Assembly (NCBI GenBank): GCA_009781185.1
Contig: WQYP01000005.1
Location: 1 to 64,000, forward strand
Length of the DNA: 64,000 nucleotides
Reading direction: 5' to 3'
Origin: Phycisphaerales bacterium
GTDB lineage: Bacteria; Planctomycetota; Phycisphaerae; WQYP01
Below, one piece after another: positions 53,462 to 63,216 of the stretch. The number at the start of each line of letters is the position of its first letter. Position 1 is the stretch's first letter. Under the pieces are notes generated by a model. It was not told where the DNA came from and searched no databases. It was given only the letters and a program-made list of their open reading frames with translations. Both the position numbers and the translations under genes were made by a program.

Positions 53462-54319
53462 TTACGCGATCCGCGGCTTGATCCACTGGATGAATTTGGG
53501 GAAAGCGATTTCGGGGTCGGGCAGTTCGGGGTGCCAATGTTTTTCGTATTCGAAGAGCAGCCAGCCCCCCCCCGCGCTGTAGCCGTTACGTTTGAGGATC
53601 GCGACGCATTCGGCGAGCGGGAGCTGGCCTGTGCCGCAGTCGACATAGCGCCAGCCGGTGCCGACGCCGAATTCGCCTTTGCTGGCCTTGGGGTCGGCGG
53701 GGACGTAGACGGCATCCTTGAGGTGGACGTAGCGGATACGTGGGGCGAGGGCGGTGTAAGTTTGCAGCGGCGTTTCTTTCCTGGTCATGGCGGCGGCGGT
53801 GTCCCAGACGGCAGCGAAGTTGTCGTCAGGGACGGCGTCGAGCATCAGCTTGGTGTCGGCGCCCTGAATCCAGTGGTCGTGAGTTTCGAAATTCCAGGAG
53901 AGCCCCCCCCCCTTGGCGCCGGGAAGAGCGAAGATTTCCTGCATCATGTTAGCGCCGATTTTGACGAGTTCGGAGCGTGGGGTGGTATCGAGGTTGCCGT
54001 AGCCCATGACGCGGATGTTTTTGGCGCCGATGGCCTGGCAGACGGCGATGGTGCGTTTGGCTTCGTCGAGGTTACGGTCGTGGCGATCGGGGTTGCAGAT
54101 GCAGATGGAGGAGGAGATGCCGAAGATTTCGACGCCGGCGTCTTTGATTTTGCGGACGGTTTGGGGGAGGTCCGCATTGAAGGCGGGGATGGCGGCGATG
54201 TCGAGCTGGCCGAGGAGGCCGCGGAAGTCGATGCCGTCGAAGCCGAATTTTTTGGTGTTGGTCAGCAGCGTGTCGAGGTTCCACGCGGGACAGCCGAGGG
54301 TGGTGAGGGAGAGTTTCAT
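53462..54319 (-). CDS. Sugar phosphate isomerase/epimerase (xylose-isomerase-like TIM barrel)
   Basis: 'MKLSLTTLGCPAWNLDTLLTNTKKFGFDGIDFRGL'. Its stop codon abuts the start of the PARG-like gene. Confidence 0.75.
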   Translation of the reverse strand: MKLSLTTLGCPAWNLDTLLTNTKKFGFDGIDFRGLLGQLDIAAIPAFNADLPQTVRKIKDAGVEIFGISSSICICNPDRHDRNLDEAKRTIAVCQAIGAKNIRVMGYGNLDTTPRSELVKIGANMMQEIFALPGAKGGGLSWNFETHDHWIQGADTKLMLDAVPDDNFAAVWDTAAAMTRKETPLQTYTALAPRIRYVHLKDAVYVPADPKASKGEFGVGTGWRYVDCGTGQLPLAECVAILKRNGYSAGGGWLLFEYEKHWHPELPDPEIAFPKFIQWIKPRIA

Positions 54320-54478
54320 CATGCACCAATTCAAATGGTTTGCGAGCTGATACAAAACTTACGTCCGCGAGCCCGGACCGCTGCCATCGCATTTGGATGC
54401 GATTTCGCTATCGTGGCCCAAAGGCCGGGCACAGCGAAGCAGGAGATTGGCATCAAGAAGTATCGGCATTAGAATGGA

Positions 54479-54763
54479 TCAATTGTACATAGAGTCGCGG
54501 CTGTCATCCACGACATGGCCTGAAGGTACTGAAGCTGCAACCAGTGCGCTCATCTCATGAACAAACCGATCCCATGCCTCCCATTGTCGTTCAAATTTTG
54601 CGTTATCATCTTGTGATGTGTCCTTGGCGACATCGCGTGGGAGAGCGCGCCCGAGGTAGGCCTCCAGGGTTTCTCCTGTGGCGCGTGCGTGTGCGTCGGC
54701 GCGGCGTAAGATTTCGGCGACGGCGGTGTCCACTTCGATTGTGGTTTTAGTATTGGCGACCAT
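54479..54763 (-). CDS. Small hypothetical protein (weakly antitoxin/RHH-like)
   Basis: 94 aa, 'TTIEVDTAVAEILRRADAHARATGETLEAYLGRAL'. Sits between two TIM-barrel paralogs. No toxin partner seen. Confidence 0.4.
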   Translation of the reverse strand: MVANTKTTIEVDTAVAEILRRADAHARATGETLEAYLGRALPRDVAKDTSQDDNAKFERQWEAWDRFVHEMSALVAASVPSGHVVDDSRDSMYN

Positions 54764-54802
54764 GACTTTGCTCCTTTACCTGGATTATATCAGGCTTCGG
54801 GG

Positions 54803-55651
54803 CTAGAAAGCGACTCCCTCGGCAAGCAGTGTTTTGGCCCATTTGACGAAGGCGGGGAAGGCGATTTCCGGCTCCGGAAGCGTCGGGTGCCAGCGTTTTT
54901 CGTGTTCGAAAAGCAGCCAACCGCTGAAGCCTTTTTGGCTCAGGAGTTTGACGGATTGGGCGAGTGGGAGTTGGCCTTCGCCTGGGAGGGTGTAGCGCCA
55001 GCCGCCTTCCATGGCGTTGGGGTGATTGGGTTGGAGAGAGGCGTCTTTGACGTGTGTGTAGCGGACGCGTGGGCCGATGGCGGCGTAGGTTTGCTCGGGG
55101 GATTCGCCGCCGACGCGGTAGGTGTGGCCGAGGTCCCACAGGGCACCAAAAGCGGGATTGGCGACGACGTCGAGCAGGAGTTTGCAATCGACGGCCTTGA
55201 TCCAGTGGTCGTGCGTTTCGAAATTCCAGGAAAGCCTCCCCCCCTCGGCGCCGGGAAGGGCGAGAATTTCGTTGACCATGGCGGCGCCGATTTTGGCGAG
55301 TTCGGGTTTTGGCATTTTGTCAGCCGGGCCGCCGCCGAAGATGCGGATGTTTTTGGCGTTCAGAGCCAAAGCGACGGGGATCGTGCGCTTCGCTTCGTCG
55401 AGGTTGTCGTTGTGCTTGGCGGGGTCGCAGACTTTGATGGAGGAGGAGATGCCGGAGACTTCGAGGCCGGCGTTTTGGATTTGTTGTGCGGTTTTGGTGA
55501 GGTTGGTGGTGAAGGCGGGGAGTTTGGTGATGTCGAGGTCCATTCCCAGTCCGCGGAAGTCGATGCCGTGGTAGCCGTAGGCTTTGGCGTTGGTCAGGAG
55601 GGTCTCGAGGGACCAGCCGGGGCAGCCGAGGGTCATGACGGAGAGCTTCAT
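54803..55651 (-). CDS. Sugar phosphate isomerase/epimerase (TIM barrel), paralog of 53462-54319
   Basis: 'MKLSVMTLGCPGWSLETLLTNAKAYGYHGIDFRGL'. Colinear with the paralog throughout. Confidence 0.75.
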   Translation of the reverse strand: MKLSVMTLGCPGWSLETLLTNAKAYGYHGIDFRGLGMDLDITKLPAFTTNLTKTAQQIQNAGLEVSGISSSIKVCDPAKHNDNLDEAKRTIPVALALNAKNIRIFGGGPADKMPKPELAKIGAAMVNEILALPGAEGGRLSWNFETHDHWIKAVDCKLLLDVVANPAFGALWDLGHTYRVGGESPEQTYAAIGPRVRYTHVKDASLQPNHPNAMEGGWRYTLPGEGQLPLAQSVKLLSQKGFSGWLLFEHEKRWHPTLPEPEIAFPAFVKWAKTLLAEGVAF

Positions 55652-56259
55652 GGGATTTTCCTTATGATCGTGATGATGAATTCATTATATCACATTCCGC
55701 AGACGGAGCCTATTGACCCTCCCCCCATCCATGGGTTAAAGTGAGGGCATGGCGCTGGGAACGACTGGTTATTTTGTCGCATAAGCGTCGCGGGCCTGGT
55801 GATATGTGCCCGAAGTTGATACGGGGTGCTGAGGAGATTGGCACGCCGGTTAAAGTCTGAGGCCGCCTCAGGGAAGATCGCGGACTCAGGACGTTCCGCT
55901 CAGCGGAGCGAGATAGATCGAACAGAACTGGTCACACGACATGGCCCGGCTGACGTGGGTCGGCTTTTGAGTGCAAGAAGGGCCAAATTTTGCAAAAGGA
56001 TGCGATTCCTTGATGGTTTTCCGGCAAATCCGAACGCCTGTCGCACTATCGCGGGCTGTTGAGTAAGGCCCGGCGGACCTCCGTATCCCTTGTCTCCGTG
56101 TCGTTGGTGATTTCCTGAACGATCTTTCGATGGCTCTTGTCTGGTTGTTCTGACCAGGTTTCCTCCCCCTATCAACCGTTGCGATGCAATTGTTGCCGCA
56201 ACGTGTACTACTCAAGTCGGGCGCGGCGTGAACGCCGGGCCGTTGAAAGGGGTTTATAG

Positions 56260-57846
56260 ATGTTTTCCATTCTTGCTGAAGATGTGTGGCTCTGGATTGG
56301 GATGGGTGGGGGCTTTGCGGGGCTTGTGGTCGGATTTGTTGGGACAATGGTGCTGTTCAAGGTGCTCTCAAGCGCTGCGGGCAAGAAGGCCAAAGTCGAT
56401 GTCGACAATATGATGAACAAGGCCCGGGACGATGCCGCAGAACTTCGCAAAAAGGCGGAAGTCGATGGCAAGGCGGAATACCTGCGGATCAAGGAATCGG
56501 CTGACAAAGAAGTGGAATATCAGCGGAAGGAATTGCGAGAACAGGAACAGCGGTTGCAAAAACGGGAAGATACGCTGGACCGAAAGCTCGATACGCTGGG
56601 CATCAAGGAAAAAAACCTGGAGAACATGGAAAAGAGCATCGGGGACCGCAAGAAGAATCTGGAAACCAAGGAAAAGCAATTGGACGAGACGCTGGCCCAG
56701 CAGCGAGATACGCTCATGCGGATCACGTCGATGAGTTTCGAGGAGGCTCGGCAGTTGCTGCTGGCACGCATCGAAAACGAGATTCGCCACGATACTGCGA
56801 TGATGGTGCAGAAGATCGAGGAGCAAGCCAGGGACGAAGCGAAGCAGAAGTCCACGAACATCATGTTGCAGGCGATGCAGCGTTACGCGGCGGAGGTGAC
56901 CAGCGAAGGAACGACCAAGTCGATCGAGATTCCGTCGGACGATATGAAGGGGCGGATCATCGGGCGTGAGGGGCGGAATATTCGGGCGTTCGAGCAGGTG
57001 ACGGGTGTGGATGTGATCATCGACGATACGCCGGGGTTGATTACGGTGAATTGTTTCGATCCGGTGCGGCGTGAGGTGGCGAAGATCACGATGGAAAAGC
57101 TCATCGCCGACGGACGCATTCACCCGGCACGCATCGAGGAAATCGTCGACGCGACACAGAAGGAAATCGAGAACAACATCCGGCAGATGGGTAAGAAAGC
57201 GGTGCTGGAATGCAATATTCAGGGGATGCATCCGAAGGTTGTCGAGATGCTCGGGCGGCTGCATTATCGCACCAGTTACGGGCAGAACGTATTGCGGCAC
57301 TCGATTGAAGTGGCGTTTCTGTCGCAGATGATTGCCGATGAACTGGGGTTGGATGGTGCTTTGGCCCGGCGGGCGGGATTGCTGCACGATATCGGCAAGT
57401 CGATGGACCACGATCAAGAAGGCGGTCACCCCGCCATTGGGATGGAGTTCGTTCGCAAGTTCAATGAGGGCGAAGCGGTGCTCAATGCGATCGGCGGGCA
57501 TCATGCGGACATTCCTGCGACGACGCCGTATACGCCGATCGTGATGGCGGCGGATGCGATCTCGGGGGCACGGCCGGGGGCGAGACGGGAAACGCTGGAG
57601 CGTTACATCAAGCGGCTGCGTGAACTGGAGACGATCGCGACGAGCATTCCCGGCGTGAAGATGGCCTTTGCGATTCAGGCCGGGCGCGAGGTGCGGGTGA
57701 TTGTCGATCCGGATCGCTGCGATGATGCGACGAGCAAGCTGATTGCCCGTGATATCGCCAAGCGTATCCAGGCGGAAATGACCTACCCCGGCGAAATCCG
57801 AGTGACAGTGCTCCGTGAAGTGCGAGCGGTGGATTTCGCGAGATAA
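56260..57846 (+). CDS. rny: Ribonuclease Y
   Basis: N-terminal TM helix, coiled-coil, KH domain 'GRIIGREGRNIRAFEQVTGVDVIIDDTPG', HD domain 'HSIEVA...LLHDIGK'. Confidence 0.95.
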   Translation: MFSILAEDVWLWIGMGGGFAGLVVGFVGTMVLFKVLSSAAGKKAKVDVDNMMNKARDDAAELRKKAEVDGKAEYLRIKESADKEVEYQRKELREQEQRLQKREDTLDRKLDTLGIKEKNLENMEKSIGDRKKNLETKEKQLDETLAQQRDTLMRITSMSFEEARQLLLARIENEIRHDTAMMVQKIEEQARDEAKQKSTNIMLQAMQRYAAEVTSEGTTKSIEIPSDDMKGRIIGREGRNIRAFEQVTGVDVIIDDTPGLITVNCFDPVRREVAKITMEKLIADGRIHPARIEEIVDATQKEIENNIRQMGKKAVLECNIQGMHPKVVEMLGRLHYRTSYGQNVLRHSIEVAFLSQMIADELGLDGALARRAGLLHDIGKSMDHDQEGGHPAIGMEFVRKFNEGEAVLNAIGGHHADIPATTPYTPIVMAADAISGARPGARRETLERYIKRLRELETIATSIPGVKMAFAIQAGREVRVIVDPDRCDDATSKLIARDIAKRIQAEMTYPGEIRVTVLREVRAVDFAR

Positions 57847-58135
57847 CGTGAACAGGAACGCCGGGGGTGACAAGCGGTTTCGGTGGCCTTTGGCGAAATC
57901 AACGCAAAGCCCCGCATTACCATGCGGGGCTCCTCCTGACGCCTGTGCTACATGTGCCACAAAAGATGGCCACACCCAGAACGCCAAATGTAATTGCCCG
58001 TGGTTTGACACTCTTCTGTCATTACCTATACTGGTTCCCTCGACATTTTCGCCGTGAAATTCGGCTCTTTGATACCCCGCCCGCAGGTTCTTAATCAAAA
58101 TATCCTGACGCGGCCTATTTCGGAGGAATTGTATC

Positions 58136-60889
58136 GTGGCTAAGAAAAAAGTTTCCAAGTCGTCGGCTAAATCGGTCAAGAAAGCTCCCGCCGGTAAAGC
58201 GAAGGACGCAGTTGCCAAGCGCGTCTTTTTCTTTGGCAACGGCAAGGCGGAAGGGATGAAGTCCGCCAGCACGGAATCGCAGCGGAGAATGATGCTCGGC
58301 GGCAAGGGTGCTGGTCTTGCGGATATGACTTCCGCGGGGCTGCCGGTGCCGCCGGGATTCACGATCTCCATCCCGTGCTGCGAAGAGTATTACCAGCTCG
58401 GGCGGAAGCTTTCGGACAAGACCAAGAAGGAAGTGCTGGAGAATCTGACGAAGGTCGAAGCGGCGATGGGCAAGAAGCTGGGCGATCCTAACGATCCGCT
58501 GCTTGTGTCTGTGCGGTCCGGTGCTGCTCGCTCGATGCCGGGCATGATGGAGACCATCCTGAACCTCGGGCTGAACGATCAGTCCGTTGAAGGCCTTGCC
58601 AGGAAGACCGGCAATGAGCGGTTTGCTTACGATTCTTATCGCCGTTTTATTCAGATGTACTCCACCACGGCGATGGGGCTTTCCAAAGAGCCGATGGAAG
58701 AGTTGCTTCATGAGATGAAGCACAAGCTGGGGGTGAAGACGGACCCTGAAATCCCGGCGGCCAATCTCAAGGACCTCTGCGAACATTTCAAGAAATTCTA
58801 CAAGGACAACAAGGGCTCCGATTTCCCGCAGGACCCGGTTGAGCAGCTTTGGGGCGCTATTATGGCGGTCTTTGGCAGTTGGGAAGCGGACAAGGCCGTG
58901 ACGTATCGCCGGGTTGAAAAAATCACGGAGCTCAAAGGCACCGGCGTGAACGTTCAGACCATGGTCTACGGCAACAAGGGCGATAACTCCGGTACGGGCG
59001 TCTGCTTCACCCGCGATCCCAACACCGGCGAAAATATCTTCTACGGCGATTACCTCATTAACGCCCAGGGCGAAGATGTCGTCGCCGGCATCCGTACGCC
59101 GCTGAAGCTCTCCACCATGGAAAAGCAGCTTCCCCGCGCTTACAAGGAACTCTGCCAGGTTCGCAAGCAGCTCGAAAAGCACTACAAGGATATGCAGGAC
59201 TTGGAGTTTACCGTTGAGGAAGAGAAGCTGTTCATGCTTCAGTGCCGCAGCGGCAAGCGTTCTCCGTCGGCGACTTTTAAGATTGCCGTCGATTTGGTCA
59301 ATGAGAGGCTTTTGACCAAAGAAGAAGCGATCATGCGGATCACGCCGGAAGATATTGAACGCTTGTTCTACCCGGTGATCGATCCGAAGCTGGACCGCAA
59401 GAGTTTGCCGAAGCTGGCCAATGGTATTGATGCGGTGCCTGGTGCTGCGGCTGGTCGCGTTTCCTTTAGTGCCGCCGACGCGGAAGCTCGCGCTGCCAAG
59501 GGCGAAAAGGTCATTCTCGTTCGCAAGGAAACTTCGCCTGAAGATGTCGGCGGTATGCATGCCGCACAAGGCATTCTTACTGCTACCGGCGGAAAGACTT
59601 CGCACGCGGCCGTCGTCGCTCGCGGTTGGGGTAAGTGCTGCATCGTCGGATGCGAAGCGCTTCGCATTAACTACGAGACTGGCGAAATGGTCATCGACGG
59701 TAAAACCGTCAAGGCAGGCGATTTCATTACGCTTGATGGTTCCACCGGCGACGTGTTCCTTGGCGAACTTTCCCTCAAGGCTCCTGAACAGCCGCTCGCT
59801 TACAATATTATCATGAAGTGGTGCGATGCGATTCGTACGCTCAAGGTCCGTACTAATGCTGACACGCCGTATGACGCTGAGAACGCCATCAAGATGGGGG
59901 CCGAAGGCATCGGCCTGACACGTACCGAGCACATGTTCTTCGACACCGAAGAACGCCGGTTGGCTATTCAGGAAATGATCGTCGCGGATTCGGTGAATGC
60001 CCGGCGTGCGGCGCTGGCCAAGCTCCTGCCTTTCCAACGCGAAGATTTCATCGGCATCTTTACCGCGATGGATGGCAAGCCTGTGACCATCCGTCTCATC
60101 GATCCGCCGCTCCATGAGTTCACGCCGAAGGATGACGCTGGCGTGAGCAAACTTTCGCAGCTCACCGGTATTTCGCCGGAGGACATCCGTCACCGCTGCC
60201 ATCAGCTCCATGAAGCCAATCCGATGCTCGGGCATCGCGGCTGCCGACTCTGCATCACCTACCCGGAAATTCTCGATATGCAGGTCACGGCGATCATCGA
60301 AGCGGCGATCGCCTGTGCCCAAAAGGGTGTTAAGGTCCTGCCAGAAATCATGATTCCGCTGACGATGGACAAGAAGGAACTGAAGATTCAAGTGGACCAG
60401 GCGCGTGCACTGGCTGACGGTCTGATCAAGAAGGCTGGCAGCAGGGTGAAATACATGCTGGGCACGATGATCGAAGTTCCGCGAGCGGCACTTCTGGCCG
60501 ACCAGGTCGCCGAAGTTGCCGAGTTCTTCTCTTTTGGCACCAACGACCTGACGCAGATGACGATGGGCCTTTCCCGCGACGACGCCGGCCGCTTCCTGCC
60601 CACCTACGTCGCTTCCGAAAAGGACGGTGGCAAGGCGATCTTCAAAGCGGATCCGTTCCAATCGCTCGACCAGGACGGCGTAGGCGCGTTGGTCAAGATC
60701 GGCATCGAAAAAGGCCGCAAGACCCGCAAAGACCTCAAGATCGGCATCTGCGGCGAACACGGCGGCGAAGCCAACTCCGTGAAGTTCTGCCATAAAGCCG
60801 GCATGAACTACGTGAGCTGCTCGCCGTATCGCGTTCCGATCGCTCGCCTGGCCGCCGCACAGGCCGTGATCGCCGACAAGAAGAAATAA
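58136..60889 (+). CDS. ppdK: Pyruvate, phosphate dikinase (Lys-rich N-terminal extension)
   Basis: 'GGKGAGLADM', phospho-His loop 'TATGGKTSHAAVVARG', 'GICGEHGG'. GTG start. Confidence 0.95.
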   Translation: MAKKKVSKSSAKSVKKAPAGKAKDAVAKRVFFFGNGKAEGMKSASTESQRRMMLGGKGAGLADMTSAGLPVPPGFTISIPCCEEYYQLGRKLSDKTKKEVLENLTKVEAAMGKKLGDPNDPLLVSVRSGAARSMPGMMETILNLGLNDQSVEGLARKTGNERFAYDSYRRFIQMYSTTAMGLSKEPMEELLHEMKHKLGVKTDPEIPAANLKDLCEHFKKFYKDNKGSDFPQDPVEQLWGAIMAVFGSWEADKAVTYRRVEKITELKGTGVNVQTMVYGNKGDNSGTGVCFTRDPNTGENIFYGDYLINAQGEDVVAGIRTPLKLSTMEKQLPRAYKELCQVRKQLEKHYKDMQDLEFTVEEEKLFMLQCRSGKRSPSATFKIAVDLVNERLLTKEEAIMRITPEDIERLFYPVIDPKLDRKSLPKLANGIDAVPGAAAGRVSFSAADAEARAAKGEKVILVRKETSPEDVGGMHAAQGILTATGGKTSHAAVVARGWGKCCIVGCEALRINYETGEMVIDGKTVKAGDFITLDGSTGDVFLGELSLKAPEQPLAYNIIMKWCDAIRTLKVRTNADTPYDAENAIKMGAEGIGLTRTEHMFFDTEERRLAIQEMIVADSVNARRAALAKLLPFQREDFIGIFTAMDGKPVTIRLIDPPLHEFTPKDDAGVSKLSQLTGISPEDIRHRCHQLHEANPMLGHRGCRLCITYPEILDMQVTAIIEAAIACAQKGVKVLPEIMIPLTMDKKELKIQVDQARALADGLIKKAGSRVKYMLGTMIEVPRAALLADQVAEVAEFFSFGTNDLTQMTMGLSRDDAGRFLPTYVASEKDGGKAIFKADPFQSLDQDGVGALVKIGIEKGRKTRKDLKIGICGEHGGEANSVKFCHKAGMNYVSCSPYRVPIARLAAAQAVIADKKK

Positions 60890-60917
60890 CTCTCTCCATT
60901 AACTAACCAACCCCTCA

Positions 60918-60948
60918 AGCCTAGGGACTGCAGTCCCTAGGCTTTTTT
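60918..60948 (+). terminator. Rho-independent terminator of ppdK
   Basis: Stem agcctagggac/gtccctaggct with loop tgca, then T6. Confidence 0.85.
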
Positions 60949-61121
60949 CATGGCAAAACAGAACACCAAAACAGAGCTGCAATCGTAAGATTGCAGTGGG
61001 GGGGAAAATGGGGGAGGCACGCCTGAAAGGCGTCAACATACGTAGCCGGGAGCAGCGTCCCCGGTTAGCATACCCCCACAGACGCCACGCCCTGAAAGGG
61101 CAATACATAGGGAATGACTTT

Positions 61122-61643
61122 ATGACAGCATCTGACTGGATAGCTCTGGCTACTTTAATCGCCGGTGTAATAGGCGGAGTATTTGTTTGGTGGCAGTGGC
61201 GTATTGGCAACAAGACGAAACGAGCTGAGTTCATCAGTCAGATAATTGAAAAATTACGATTTGATCCCGAGATACCCAAAATAATGTACCTGCTCGATTA
61301 TGATCAGCAATGGTATGATGCAAACTTTCACGGCGGTAGCAAAATCGAAGAAAAGATAGATAAGTTATTCTCTTATCTTACATACATTTGCTATATGCGG
61401 AAGCATAAAAATATAAGCAATCGCGAGTTTTGTATATTGGATTATGAGATAAGAAGAGTTTGCCAGAACAAGCAAGGACAGGCGTATCTTTGGAATTTAT
61501 ACCACTTTTCGAGAAAAATGGAGACGCAGTGTTCTTTTCATGATTTGATAGAATATTTAAGAAACAAAGTTTTGAGTGCAGAACAGAAAGAACGATTCGA
61601 TAGCAAAGACAACGGGGATTATCCTAAGTTTCTAAATTTTTAG
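61122..61643 (+). CDS. AT-rich hypothetical protein with a single N-terminal TM helix
   Basis: 'MTASDWIALATLIAGVIGGVFVWWQW', then a ~130 aa soluble domain. Visibly much lower GC than the neighbouring genes. No family confidently recognised. Confidence 0.6.
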   Translation: MTASDWIALATLIAGVIGGVFVWWQWRIGNKTKRAEFISQIIEKLRFDPEIPKIMYLLDYDQQWYDANFHGGSKIEEKIDKLFSYLTYICYMRKHKNISNREFCILDYEIRRVCQNKQGQAYLWNLYHFSRKMETQCSFHDLIEYLRNKVLSAEQKERFDSKDNGDYPKFLNF

Positions 61644-61841
61644 CAAAATGAACGGACGGGTGGCCGGGGTCTGATTTTTGGGTGTCACAGATTTGGACCT
61701 GTGCTTGGGTTTTAGCGTGAGGGTGCCGGTTCGAATTGTCCGAGTCAGTAGTCACCGCCGGGGAGGTGGACGGTGATGGCGAGGGTGCCGCCGAGCTTGC
61801 AGGCAAGCAGGCAGAGGTATTCGCCAGATGCGTTGTGAGCA

Positions 61842-62279
61842 TCACACGCAAGCCAGCTCAGCTTTGGCGTCACTTTGTTCCGCCGCTTCGATCAACCGGT
61901 CGTAAACCTGTTTGCGGTAGGTCAGCGATGGCGCTTGTTCAGAGCCGGGCGACGCCAACAGCTTCGCAAGAAAGAACAAGTACCCTAGTTTCATCGGCCC
62001 ATCCTGAATCTCGATCTGGAACGCAGGCATTTTCTCCGACAATTTCCGGCAGAGACTTTTGATGCCTTTAATGAGCGCCCCGGTGACTTCGTTGGTTTCC
62101 TGGCTGTAGTAGACGGTGATCAGATCGTCAATACGCTCACCGTAGAACATATCGGGTTTCGCAATGAATTCGATGCAATCGCCGTCGGGATCGTAGTAGG
62201 CGTGCGGCTCAAATGGCGGAGCGGATTCCGCCAGTTTCATCACATACTCTTCGAATTGTTTATTGCTCATGGCCGTCAT
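61842..62279 (-). CDS. Hypothetical protein (second gene of an overlapping pair)
   Basis: '[39 protein letters not shown]'. Its ATG (62277-62279) overlaps the upstream gene's TGA (62276-62278) as ATGA. Confidence 0.55.
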   Translation of the reverse strand: MTAMSNKQFEEYVMKLAESAPPFEPHAYYDPDGDCIEFIAKPDMFYGERIDDLITVYYSQETNEVTGALIKGIKSLCRKLSEKMPAFQIEIQDGPMKLGYLFFLAKLLASPGSEQAPSLTYRKQVYDRLIEAAEQSDAKAELACV

Positions 62280-62707
62280 AACAGTCTCCTCTTGAATCGT
62301 ACCCCGTGATTTATCGGCAAATCCGGCGAGTCGGGTTCGGCCTTGTCCCACCTCCAATTGTAGGCAATGCCATCCGCGTTCACAAACACCAGATACACCT
62401 GTCCGCGATAGGGCGGGGCTTCGGTTCCATCGGGCCGGTGACTGTGCGGTGGAATGCCGCAGTAGCATCTCCATCCGATGCCACGACGATCCTCGTCTTC
62501 TTCCCGAGTGATGCCTTCGAAAATGGCTCGCGGTTTTTGAAGGATGTAAGCCACGAGGACCGCGGCATCTCTGGCATGCCCCGCGCTGCGTCTGATAACA
62601 ACTTGCAGCCTGTCATAGGATATCTGCACCTTCAGCGGTTTGCCGTCGCCTGGGTTGATGGCGTCAATCATCAGAAATTGCCGCCGTGTTGATGATTGCT
62701 CGGACAT
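62276..62707 (-). CDS. Hypothetical protein (first gene of an overlapping pair)
   Basis: 143 aa ORF, '[28 protein letters not shown]'. No family recognised. Confidence 0.55.
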   Translation of the reverse strand: MSEQSSTRRQFLMIDAINPGDGKPLKVQISYDRLQVVIRRSAGHARDAAVLVAYILQKPRAIFEGITREEDEDRRGIGWRCYCGIPPHSHRPDGTEAPPYRGQVYLVFVNADGIAYNWRWDKAEPDSPDLPINHGVRFKRRLL

Positions 62708-62741
62708 GGGGGCATCCTATTCGCACGGATGGCGGGAATCA

Positions 62742-63158
62742 ACCAGATCGCCGAAGTCGCCGAGTTCTTCTCCTTGGGGGCAACCCCTTGAGGGCAACCT
62801 CTTCGGCACCAACGACCTCACCCAGATGACCATGGGCCTCTCCCGCGACGACGCCGGCCGCTTCCTCCCCGCCTACGTCGCCAGCGAAAAAGACGGCGGC
62901 AAAGCCATCTTCAAAGCCGACCCCTTCCAATCCCTCGACCAGGATGGTGTAGGCGCCTTGGTCAAGATCGGCATCGAAAAAGGCCGCCAAACCCGCAAAG
63001 ACCTCAAGATCGGCATCTGCGGCGAACACGGCGGCGAAGCCAACTCCGTGAAGTTCTGCCATAAGGCCGGCATGAACTACGTGAGCTGCTCGCCGTATCG
63101 CGTTCCGATCGCTCGCCTCGCGGCGGCCCAGGCTGTGATTGCGGAGAAGAAGAAGTAA
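62742..63158 (+). pseudogene. Duplicated 3' fragment of ppdK (last ~125 codons), disrupted by a ~28 bp insertion
   Basis: '[33 protein letters not shown]...[18 protein letters not shown]' parallels ppdK residues. The insert 'cttgggggcaaccccttgagggcaacct' (62773-62800) introduces a stop. Confidence 0.9.
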
Positions 63159-63187
63159 GCTTCTCCTCCAAATCAAACCTCCATCGA

Positions 63188-63216
63188 GCCCAGAGACTGT
63201 AGTCCTTGGGCTTTTT
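63188..63216 (+). terminator. Duplicated (diverged) ppdK terminator
   Basis: 'gcccagagactgtagtccttgggctttttt'. Confidence 0.7.

Noticed and set aside
55652-56259. 600 nt non-coding stretch upstream of rny, scanned for RNase P RNA, tmRNA and a riboswitch ('gggggaggaaacctgg', 'cctcagggaag').
   Set aside because: The universal RNase P 'GGAAAGUCCGG' and 'ACAGAACCCGGCUUA' motifs and the tmRNA ends are absent. Nothing here can be supported beyond a long leader. An Infernal scan would be decisive.
58115-60793. 892 aa ORF antisense to ppdK. Similar long antisense or out-of-frame ORFs lie at 19564-22185, 9589-11643, 6023-7330 and 56368-58371.
   Set aside because: These are typical high-GC shadow ORFs: Arg/Pro/Gly/His-rich low-complexity translations with no motifs, each overlapping a gene that has clear family signatures on the other strand.
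61700-61745. 'gggtgccggttcgaattgtcc', resembling a tRNA T-arm (GGTTCGAAT).
   Set aside because: The flanking bases do not form a T-stem (gccgg versus tgtcc). No acceptor or anticodon arms can be drawn.
62640-63158. 172 aa ORF that could be called as a gene.
   Set aside because: Its C-terminal 125 aa are a duplicate of the ppdK C-terminus without the catalytic N-terminal domains. The N-terminal part is out-of-frame junk created by a 28 bp insertion. I call it a pseudogene fragment.
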